From Rhodospirillaceae bacterium (GTDB lineage Bacteria > Pseudomonadota > Gammaproteobacteria > Steroidobacterales > Rariloculaceae), in the NCBI GenBank assembly GCA_024638465.1, contig JAHEKF010000007.1, forward strand, positions 7,729-71,728: a stretch of 64,000 nucleotides of DNA, written 5' to 3'. The notes under the pieces are model-generated. The model ran no database searches and had not been told where the DNA came from. It saw only the letters and a program-made list of their open reading frames with translations. Each line of letters opens with the position of its first letter. Position 1 is the stretch's first letter. A program made the translations under genes and the position numbers. Shown one piece after another: positions 56,915-64,000 of the stretch.

Positions 56915-57889
56915 ATGAATAAGGGCGCGTCTCTGATATTGGCGGCGATTTTTCTGGGCCAGCCGGTTTTTGCGCACCACAGCGACGCGATTTACGACCG
57001 CGATACGATTGTTGCGCTCGAAGGCGTCGTCACAAGCTATTCGTGGCGCAACCCTCACGTCCTCATGGGTATCGCGGTGACGGACGAGTCCGGTGAGCAA
57101 ACGGAGTGGCTCGTCGAAACGGGCGCAACACCGATCATGGGTCGCAGCGGCTGGTCGGAGGATCTACTGAGACCGGGCGACACGGTAACCGTGCGTATAC
57201 ATCCCGAACGTTCGGGCCGCCATCACGCCATTCTCAATACGCTGCAAACGGCGGACGGAAATCTTTACAGGCAGGTCGAAGAAGAAGCCGAGGAAACTGT
57301 TGCTGCGACAAGCATTGCGGGCGTCTGGCGAGGTGCGGCGGACCGCAACATTTTCAGTATCCAGAATCAGATTCAGCTGACGCCGGCCGCCGAGGCCGCG
57401 CGTGAAGCCTGGCTGGTTAACGGCGACGACCCCGGTCGCGAATGTGACTCGCCGACGCCACCGCTCAGTATCGGCAGCCTGCTGTATCTCGCGGAGATAG
57501 AGATACTCGAAGACCGCGTTATTCTCCGCAACGAGTTTCTCGATTCGTACCGGACCGTCTGGATCGACGGCCGCGAACATCCCGTCGCTGGCGAATTCAC
57601 GCACATGGGTCATTCGACAGGCCGCTGGGAAGGCGACACGCTCGTCGTCGACACGCGCTATCTGGAAGCCAACCCGAAAGGCAACGGCTGGCGCGGCGTG
57701 CCATCGAGCCGCGAGAAGCACGTTGTCGAACGCTATTCGCTCATCAACGACGGCCGTCGCATGCGCGTCGATGTCTTCGTCGAGGATCCTGTCTACATCG
57801 CCGAGCCGTTCGAAGGCATCGTCGAAATGATCTATACGCCACACCTCGAGCTGTACAGCTACAACTGCGTACCGGGAACGTTCGAGTGA
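56915..57889 (+). CDS. Secreted fusion of module N and module C
   Basis: GGAGGA ribosome-binding site. ...QPVFA|HHSDA, EGVVTSYSWRNPH, WLVE, GWSED; then IAGVW, RECDSP, MGHSTGRWEGDTLVVDTRY, EDPVYIAEP, SYNCV. The stop overlaps the next gene's start (GTGA). Confidence 0.7.
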   Translation: MNKGASLILAAIFLGQPVFAHHSDAIYDRDTIVALEGVVTSYSWRNPHVLMGIAVTDESGEQTEWLVETGATPIMGRSGWSEDLLRPGDTVTVRIHPERSGRHHAILNTLQTADGNLYRQVEEEAEETVAATSIAGVWRGAADRNIFSIQNQIQLTPAAEAAREAWLVNGDDPGRECDSPTPPLSIGSLLYLAEIEILEDRVILRNEFLDSYRTVWIDGREHPVAGEFTHMGHSTGRWEGDTLVVDTRYLEANPKGNGWRGVPSSREKHVVERYSLINDGRRMRVDVFVEDPVYIAEPFEGIVEMIYTPHLELYSYNCVPGTFE

Positions 57890-59148
57890 ACGACGACCCT
57901 GCGCTCGAAGCGGTCGCCGGCAACGGCCTGTTGCACCGGCGACTGTTCTTGCGCGGCAGTGTTGCGGCGGGACTGACGTTCATGACGGCGAAGACCGCGA
58001 CTGCGGCGCCGCCCGATGTGCCGGCTTCGATGCTCGTTCCCGGAGCGGGCATGAGCGGCTACGGTTTGCGATCGCCTCATGAGGATCACGTCCAGCGAGG
58101 CTTCGGCTCCCTGCCCGGCACCGTCGGCACCGGTGCATCGCGCACGCCGCTCGAACACCTGGAAGGCATCATTACGCCGGGTGCTCTGCACTTCGAGCGC
58201 CATCACAACGGTATTCCGGACATCGATCCTGCGGGGCACCGGCTGCTGATACACGGCCTCGTCGAGCGGCCGCTGATCTTCGATCTCGATTCGCTGTCGC
58301 GCTACCCGCTGGTGTCGAAGCTGCAGTTCATCGAGTGCAGCGGAAACAGTGGCGCCAACAACGCAGCGGAGCCGCCGAATGTTTCGGCCGGCACGATCCA
58401 CGGACTCGTTTCGAACAGCCAATGGACCGGCGTGCCGCTGTCGATTTTGCTCGACGAAGCGGGCGTGCAAAGCGAGGGGCGATGGATCCTCGCCGAAGGC
58501 AGCGATGCGGCCGGCATGAGCCGTAGTGTGCCGATGACGAAAGCGCTCGACGACGCGATAGTCGCCATCTACCAGAACGGCGAGCATCTGCGTCCCGGTA
58601 ACGGTTATCCAATGCGGCTGTTCCTGCCGGGCTGGGAAGGCAACATGAGCGTCAAGTGGCTGCGGCGCATCGAAGTCACGGCCGGACCGACCATGACCAA
58701 GGACGAGACCTCCAAGTACTCCGACCTCATGCCGGACGGCAGGTCACTGCTGTTCACGTTCCCGATGGAGGTCAAATCGGTCATCACATCGCCGTCCGGA
58801 ACGAACGCGATGCAGGGGCCGGGGCTCTATCAGATTTCGGGTATCGCCTGGTCGGGCGCGGGCCGTGTAGGCCGCGTCGAAATCTCCGCCGACGATGGCG
58901 AAAGCTGGGCCGAAGCCGCGCTCGACGATCCGGTGCTGCCGATGTCGCTGACGCGATTCCGGCTGCCATGGCGCTGGGACGGCGGGCCCGCGGTGTTGCA
59001 GAGCCGCGCCGTTGACGAGACGGGTGCGGCGCAGCCGACTCGTACCGCCATGCTTGCCGGGCGCGGCAGCGCTTACCGCTACCACTATCACGCGATCCAG
59101 AGCTGGGCCGTGACCGAATCCGGCGAGGTCAGCAATGTCTACTCCTGA
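57886..59148 (+). CDS. Molybdopterin sulfite dehydrogenase/oxidase-family catalytic subunit (SorA/SoxC-like), Tat-exported
   Basis: Twin-arginine motif HRRLFLRGS. HFERHHNGIP, FIECSGN (Mo-ligand Cys context), YQNGE.LRP.NGYP.RL..PGWEG, and a dimerisation domain. Confidence 0.85.
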   Translation: MNDDPALEAVAGNGLLHRRLFLRGSVAAGLTFMTAKTATAAPPDVPASMLVPGAGMSGYGLRSPHEDHVQRGFGSLPGTVGTGASRTPLEHLEGIITPGALHFERHHNGIPDIDPAGHRLLIHGLVERPLIFDLDSLSRYPLVSKLQFIECSGNSGANNAAEPPNVSAGTIHGLVSNSQWTGVPLSILLDEAGVQSEGRWILAEGSDAAGMSRSVPMTKALDDAIVAIYQNGEHLRPGNGYPMRLFLPGWEGNMSVKWLRRIEVTAGPTMTKDETSKYSDLMPDGRSLLFTFPMEVKSVITSPSGTNAMQGPGLYQISGIAWSGAGRVGRVEISADDGESWAEAALDDPVLPMSLTRFRLPWRWDGGPAVLQSRAVDETGAAQPTRTAMLAGRGSAYRYHYHAIQSWAVTESGEVSNVYS

Positions 59149-59659
59149 GCGAATCGCTTTGCTTTGCGGCTTGTTCGCGGCCGCCATGGCGATAGCGCAG
59201 GAAGGCCCTAATCTCGGCATCGAGGCGACGGCGGAACAGGTCGCCGGCTGGTCCATCAACATTCAGCCCGACGGCACCGGACTTCCGCCGGGATCCGGCA
59301 CCGCGGCCGACGGCGCAGCGGTCTACGCCGCTCAATGCGTGGCCTGCCACGGCCAGGAAGGCGTCGGCGGTCCCAACGACCGGCTCGTTGGCGGTCACGG
59401 TACGATCGCGAGCGACTCGCCGGTCAGGACAGTCGGCAGTTACTGGCCCTACGCGACGACGGTATTCGATTACGTTCGCCGTTCGATGCCGATACTCAGG
59501 CCGCAGTCGCTAAGTGATGATGAAGTCTACGCGGTCACAGCCTATCTGCTGGAACTCAATGGCATTATCGCTGAGGGCGACGTCATGAATGCGGCGACGC
59601 TGCCGCAAGTAGAAATGCCCAACGCCGGCAATTTCGAATGGGCCTATACAGAGGATTGA
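59135..59659 (+). CDS. Mono-haem cytochrome c subunit (SorB/SoxD-like)
   Basis: Signal peptide, CVACHG haem-binding site, and a distal SMP motif. Overlaps sorA-like by 14 nt. Confidence 0.8.
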   Translation: MSTPERIALLCGLFAAAMAIAQEGPNLGIEATAEQVAGWSINIQPDGTGLPPGSGTAADGAAVYAAQCVACHGQEGVGGPNDRLVGGHGTIASDSPVRTVGSYWPYATTVFDYVRRSMPILRPQSLSDDEVYAVTAYLLELNGIIAEGDVMNAATLPQVEMPNAGNFEWAYTED

Positions 59660-59671
59660 GGTCGAGCCACG

Positions 59672-60766
59672 ATGATTGATCGTCGCAGCAATACCTGGTC
59701 ACTGATCGCCGTCGCGCTCATGCTCTGTGGCGGCAAGCTCGCGAATGCGCACCATGGTTTCGCCTTCGAGTTCGATATCGAACGGCAGGGGACCGTGGCC
59801 GGTACCGTCACCGAAGTTCGTTATACGAACCCGCATGTGGTCTATATGCTCGATGTCGAGACCGAGGCTGGCACGACCGAAGAGTGGCTGATTCGCACCC
59901 ACAACGTGCGAGTGATGACCCGGCTGGGCTGGCAAGCCGGCACGATCCAGGTCGGCGACCGTATCGAAGTGTCGGGTAGTCTCGGGCGGGGTGGAACAAG
60001 AAGAGTTTCGATGGACACCGTGGTGCTGGCGGACGGCACGGTGCGCGTCCCACGCGGCGGCGAATACTCCGATGCCTATACGACGGACGAAGTCAATGCG
60101 AGCGCGAACACTGATTACGGTGTGATCCCCAACGACTACGAGTACGACATCAGCGGCGCCTGGACAAACCGCTACAGGTTTCAGCTTACGGTCGACGACT
60201 TCGAGCCGAAACCGACGCCGTTTACGGAGGCGGGCCGGACCCTGTACGAGGCGACCGAAAACTGGCAGGACCCGGCCAAGAGCTGCAAGGAGAGCGGCCT
60301 GCCGCGCTGGTTCGGCGCGCCCACCAACATGGAGATCGTCGATGCCGGCACACACTATCTGATGGCCACCTCGGGCGGGGTGCGTCGCGTCTGGATGAAC
60401 GGCAGGCAGCCGCCGCCCAACATGACGCCGAGTCCGATGGGCTTCTCGGTCGGGCGTTGGGACGACAACCAGCTCATCATCGAAACCACGCGCCTGATGG
60501 CCGGGTGGCTCGACGGCTCCGGTTTGCCGATGTCGGGTGAGGGCACGCGCATCGTCGAGTCGTGGGTCGTCGCCGACGACGGCCTGACGATCGACCGCCA
60601 GATGACCATTCACGATCCCTACTACACGGAGCCGCTCGTTCGAACACGCGGCTCATCGCGTGAGGACGGCCTCGAGCTTGCCGAGGGCAGCCAGGGCTGC
60701 GACCCGACGAGCTACCTGCAGGATCTCCACCGCGAAGGCCGTATCGAGACGCTTTGGGCGGATTAA
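59672..60766 (+). CDS. Secreted fusion of module N and module C
   Basis: ...KLANA|HHGFA, AGTVTEVRYTNPH, WLIR, GWQAG, GDRIEVSG; then ISGAW, KSCKESG, MGFSVGRWDDNQLIIETTR, HDPYYTEP, QGCDP. Confidence 0.7.
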   Translation: MIDRRSNTWSLIAVALMLCGGKLANAHHGFAFEFDIERQGTVAGTVTEVRYTNPHVVYMLDVETEAGTTEEWLIRTHNVRVMTRLGWQAGTIQVGDRIEVSGSLGRGGTRRVSMDTVVLADGTVRVPRGGEYSDAYTTDEVNASANTDYGVIPNDYEYDISGAWTNRYRFQLTVDDFEPKPTPFTEAGRTLYEATENWQDPAKSCKESGLPRWFGAPTNMEIVDAGTHYLMATSGGVRRVWMNGRQPPPNMTPSPMGFSVGRWDDNQLIIETTRLMAGWLDGSGLPMSGEGTRIVESWVVADDGLTIDRQMTIHDPYYTEPLVRTRGSSREDGLELAEGSQGCDPTSYLQDLHREGRIETLWAD

Positions 60767-60784
60767 GCGGGTGACGCGGTCGGT

Positions 60785-62113
60785 TTACCTGACCTTCAGC
60801 AGATAGGCGATGACGCCGGCAGCCACCATCGGCAACGCGAATATCATGAAGTTGCCTGCCATGCTGACGCTGCCCGCGATCAGCAGCCCGGCTATCGCGG
60901 GTCCGACGACCGCGCCGGTTCGGCCGAGCCCGATGCCCCAGCCGACTCCGGTACTGCGAATCGCCGTCGGATAGATTTTCGCGGCAACGCCGTAGAGTCC
61001 GACGAGACCGCCCTGTTGCGTTACCCCAATCAGGAAGATTAACGCCAGCAGCAATGTTCGCTCACCGGGGGCAAAGGCGAACACGATCATGCCGATTGCA
61101 GCCGCGAACATGAAAACGCTCACAACATTCGTCAGCCGAAAATTCGTTGCGAGGCCGCCGACGACGAAAAGACCGATCAAGCCGCCGAGATTAAAGAGCG
61201 TGAACGCGAGTTGGCCGGTCTCTTCCGAAAAACCGGAGTTGACCATGAGCGCCGGGATCCAGCTCATGAGGAAATAAAGTGCGCAGAAGCAAAGGAAAAA
61301 ACTTGCCCAGAGCTTCAGCGTCGAGCGCCTGTGCCGCGGCGCGAGCAATTCGCGCATGTTGCCGGCGACAGTCGTTCCGGCCTGTGGTTCTTCGGCCGCA
61401 GGGATGCCGCTGAGAGCCGGGCGGTCGAACCGCGCGAGAATCTTGTTTATGGTTTCGAGTGCGCCGGGCGGCCGCTTTTCGAGCAGAAACTTGAGTGACT
61501 CGGGAAGGAAGGCCAAGGCAAGCAATGCCATGACGAATGTTGCCGCGCCGCCGAAGAAGAACATCCCGCGCCAGCCGTAGTCCGGCATGATGTAGCCCGC
61601 AAGCATGCCCGTCAGCATTGCACCGAGCGGGTAGCCCGCCGTCACGGACGTTACGGCGAGCGCGCGGTACCGATCGGGACAATACTCCGCTGCGAGCGCC
61701 GCCTGGCTCGCGAGCAGCGCGCCTGCGCCGAGGCCGCTGACGAAGCGCAGCCCCAGGAACTGCGGCAGGGTCGAAGCATAGCCGGTGAGAAATACGGTGA
61801 AGGCGACGACGAACGCGCTGAGCACGATCGTCATCCGGCGGCCGATCAGGTCGGAGACGGACGCGAGGAACATCGCACCCATTACCATGCCCGCGAGCGC
61901 GAAGCTGAAGATGAGACCGATACGGTCCGCGGCCAGCCCGAGTTCACCGCCGATCGCGTTCGCCGTTATCGACATGGCCGTGACATCGAAGCCGTCGACC
62001 ATATTGAGACAGAGGCATAGCAGCACGATGAGTACACGCTGGAGGTCGATGCGGCCGCTGTCGACGATATCGCCGATCTGAGCGGCGGCCGTCGCTGTGC
62101 TGGATCCTGCCAT
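60785..62113 (-). CDS. MFS transporter (aromatic-acid/H+ symporter-like)
   Basis: 442 aa with 12 predicted TM segments and DLIGRR between TM2 and TM3. Confidence 0.85.
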   Translation of the reverse strand: MAGSSTATAAAQIGDIVDSGRIDLQRVLIVLLCLCLNMVDGFDVTAMSITANAIGGELGLAADRIGLIFSFALAGMVMGAMFLASVSDLIGRRMTIVLSAFVVAFTVFLTGYASTLPQFLGLRFVSGLGAGALLASQAALAAEYCPDRYRALAVTSVTAGYPLGAMLTGMLAGYIMPDYGWRGMFFFGGAATFVMALLALAFLPESLKFLLEKRPPGALETINKILARFDRPALSGIPAAEEPQAGTTVAGNMRELLAPRHRRSTLKLWASFFLCFCALYFLMSWIPALMVNSGFSEETGQLAFTLFNLGGLIGLFVVGGLATNFRLTNVVSVFMFAAAIGMIVFAFAPGERTLLLALIFLIGVTQQGGLVGLYGVAAKIYPTAIRSTGVGWGIGLGRTGAVVGPAIAGLLIAGSVSMAGNFMIFALPMVAAGVIAYLLKVR

Positions 62114-62350
62114 GGGCTAGTGTGTGCGCGCGCGAGTTGCCGCAGTTATTGTGGTCTGGCCAGTGTACGCGGCTTCCGCTACCAAGCCCACGCAGAGGAG
62201 GCAGTAGCGGCTTCAGCCCGGTTCCTGAGGGTCCGAGCCGCTTTATGACGGCTCTCGGAAGTTCCGTTTATTTAGTGAACATGACCGAAAAGTGGCCTCC
62301 GGACCGCGATATAATTAGCACATCAATCAAATCAACAGGGCATACGGACT

Positions 62351-63019
62351 ATGAATTCACCGATGCAATACCAAAGCACTCGTACCGAAACCGCGGGCCT
62401 CGCGACCAACAAGGTTCTTCGTAATACCTACCTGCTGTTGTCGATGACGCTGATCTTCAGCGCCATAACGGCTTACACCTCGATGACGATGAACCTGCCG
62501 TACCCGGGCATCGTCATCACGCTCGTCGGCTATTTCGGGCTGCTGTTCCTGACCTCGAAATTCAGCAACACGAATCTCGGAATTCTGTTCGTGTTCGCGT
62601 TGACGGGCTTCATGGGTTACACGCTCGGCCCGATACTCAACGTCTATCTCTCGCTGAGCAATGGCGCGGAGACCGTAATGATGGCCATGGGCGCGACCGG
62701 CGCGATCTTCATCGGGCTGTCGACCTACGTGAGATTCACGCGTAAGGACTTCAGCTTTATGGGCGGCTTCCTCATGGTCGGCATCATCGTCGGCTTTCTT
62801 GCCGCACTGGGCGCGATTTTCTTCGACCTCCCGAGCCTGTCACTGGCGGTGTCGGCGATGTTCGTGCTGCTCATGGCAGGGCTGATCCTGTTCGAGACGA
62901 GCAACATCATTCACGGCGGCGAGACCAACTACATCATGGCGACCGTCACGCTCTACGTTGCGCTCTTCAATCTGTTCACGAGCCTGCTGCATCTGCTCGG
63001 CGTGATGGGCGACGAGTAG
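62351..63019 (+). CDS. yccA: BAX-inhibitor-1/YccA family membrane protein
   Basis: KVLRNTYLLLSMTLIFSAITAY, seven TM segments, and a C-terminus typical of the family. Confidence 0.85.
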   Translation: MNSPMQYQSTRTETAGLATNKVLRNTYLLLSMTLIFSAITAYTSMTMNLPYPGIVITLVGYFGLLFLTSKFSNTNLGILFVFALTGFMGYTLGPILNVYLSLSNGAETVMMAMGATGAIFIGLSTYVRFTRKDFSFMGGFLMVGIIVGFLAALGAIFFDLPSLSLAVSAMFVLLMAGLILFETSNIIHGGETNYIMATVTLYVALFNLFTSLLHLLGVMGDE

Positions 63020-63025
63020 AAGCCG

Positions 63026-64000
63026 TTGGGGGCCAGGCGAATCAGGACCTGGTCCACGAAACCGGATGCCATCCGTCCCGGTCCGATTCTGGCCGGTGTC
63101 GCATGCGTCCTTGCCGGTTGCGACGCACCCGAGCCGGCGCAGCCCGCGGCCGCCGCCAGCGCCGCCGCGATCGCTAGCTGCCCGCCTGGACTGCAGGGCG
63201 ATCTGGTTCTGACGAACGGCCAGATCATCACCGTCGATCCGGGCGATGCGATTGTCACGAGCGTGCGAATCCGCGGCGATCGGATTGTCGGTGCAGGTAA
63301 CGACGTCGGCAGCCAGCTCTGCGATCGTGTCGTCGATCTCGACGGACGCACGGTCGTCCCCGGAATGCAGAACAACCACATGCACTACCTGCGCGCCGGT
63401 ATGCGCCCGGGTCACGGTATCTATGGAATTGAGACTGCGACCAGCATCGCCGAAGTACAGGCGCTGATCGCCGAGCGTGCAGCCGGGTTACCTCCCGCCG
63501 GCGACGACCTCGAAGGCACCGATTTCATCACCATTCTCAACGTCTGGAATCCGCGCCAGTTCGCCGAGAGCCGCGCGCCGACGCTGGCAGAACTCGACGA
63601 AGCTGCGCCGAATCACGCGGTCTTCATGATGGGTTACGCGTTCGGGCCGGCGGTAACGAACAGTATCGGCAAAGCGTTTTTCGAGGCAGCCGGCATCGTG
63701 GTCGGCGACGACGGCGTGCTCTCCGTGCAGCCGTTCGAGTTCGATTCGAACGCGCATCAGGCTTATTTCCGTCTGCTGGAAGATCACACAATTGAGGACC
63801 GCAAGCGTTCGCTGCGCGAGATCATGCGCTATTCGAACCGCGTCGGACTCACGACGGTGCTCGAGGGTGGCGGCGGTTTCCCGGGAACCGGCGCTTTCGA
63901 CGAATACCGCGATTACGACCCTGTTCTGTCGCTGTGGCGAGACGATGAGCTGACGGTCCGGCTCCGCGCGCATATCCAGGCCTGGGCGACGGCCGATACC
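63026..64000 (+). CDS. Amidohydrolase-family (Amidohydro_3-like) lipoprotein, 3' end beyond the window
   Basis: My own translation; it is not in the ORF track because the frame is open to the window end. Lipobox ILAGVACVLAGC, then DLVLTNGQIITVDPGD...VDLDGRTVVPGMQNNHMHY. The TTG 63026 start is tentative. Confidence 0.65.
   Translation, partial: MGARRIRTWSTKPDAIRPGPILAGVACVLAGCDAPEPAQPAAAASAAAIASCPPGLQGDLVLTNGQIITVDPGDAIVTSVRIRGDRIVGAGNDVGSQLCDRVVDLDGRTVVPGMQNNHMHYLRAGMRPGHGIYGIETATSIAEVQALIAERAAGLPPAGDDLEGTDFITILNVWNPRQFAESRAPTLAELDEAAPNHAVFMMGYAFGPAVTNSIGKAFFEAAGIVVGDDGVLSVQPFEFDSNAHQAYFRLLEDHTIEDRKRSLREIMRYSNRVGLTTVLEGGGGFPGTGAFDEYRDYDPVLSLWRDDELTVRLRAHIQAWATADT

Noticed and set aside
62122-62424. 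A 100-aa plus-strand ORF in the MFS/yccA spacer, and a perfect TATAAT at 62310-62315.
   Set aside because: The ORF overlaps the yccA start in another frame and has no supporting features. The -10-like hexamer lacks a convincing -35 element, so it was not listed as a promoter.
1-64000. Search for mobile-element, prophage, defence-system or CRISPR signatures.
   Set aside because: I recognised no integrase, transposase, restriction-modification, toxin-antitoxin or Cas-like proteins, no spacer-repeat array, and no tRNA attachment site. The window looks like core chromosome.

Overview
A 64 kb, visibly GC-rich chromosomal segment (roughly 60-65% by eye, not computed) from a diderm bacterium. The gene content looks proteobacterial (CysB, YccA, YdgA-like, OtsBA, outer-membrane barrels). 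It is densely coded with about 63 CDS. I recognised no rRNA, tRNA, CRISPR array, transposase, integrase or phage genes.

Main blocks:
- 1-5.1 kb: NHL and zinc-finger proteins, then a minus-strand operon nhaC / Fe-2OG oxygenase / HD-domain protein / CMD-family protein.
- 5.5-13.2 kb: persulfide dioxygenase-rhodanese fusion and an MBL hydrolase, followed by a tandem array of six secreted paralogs and a PepSY-type membrane protein.
- 13.2-17.2 kb: otsB-GH15-otsA.
- 18.2-20.4 kb: REC-GGDEF-EAL protein plus an orphan REC protein.
- 20.5-29.1 kb: SSS transporter, alginate-export-type porin, and two DUF5916-like outer-membrane paralogs flanking a secreted peroxiredoxin.
- 29.2-34.0 kb: cysK, cysG, cysB, cysH.
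- 34.2-45.5 kb: an 11-gene, translationally coupled haem-biosynthesis supercluster (hemA-C-D-B-L, an embedded two-component system, hemE, a chlorite-dismutase-family protein, ferrochelatase and an amine-oxidase-superfamily flavoprotein).
- 45.7-56.8 kb: assorted housekeeping and secreted proteins, including trxA and cytochrome b561.
- 56.9-60.8 kb: a sorAB-like sulfite dehydrogenase operon bracketed by two more members of the secreted paralog family.
- 60.8-64.0 kb: MFS transporter, yccA and a partial amidohydrolase.

The most interesting signal is an uncharacterised two-module periplasmic protein family. Module N has a mature N-terminal His-His plus an NPH motif. Module C has a GxSxGRWEG motif. 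The family is present in nine genes at three loci, both split and fused, and each locus sits next to a redox or haem partner (PepSY_TM protein, cytochrome b561, SorAB). Second is the compact haem supercluster, which carries coproporphyrin-pathway markers and an embedded sensor kinase/response regulator pair. Gene starts were re-picked from the ORF track, which includes non-ATG starts and long GC-driven N-terminal extensions, so they are approximate.
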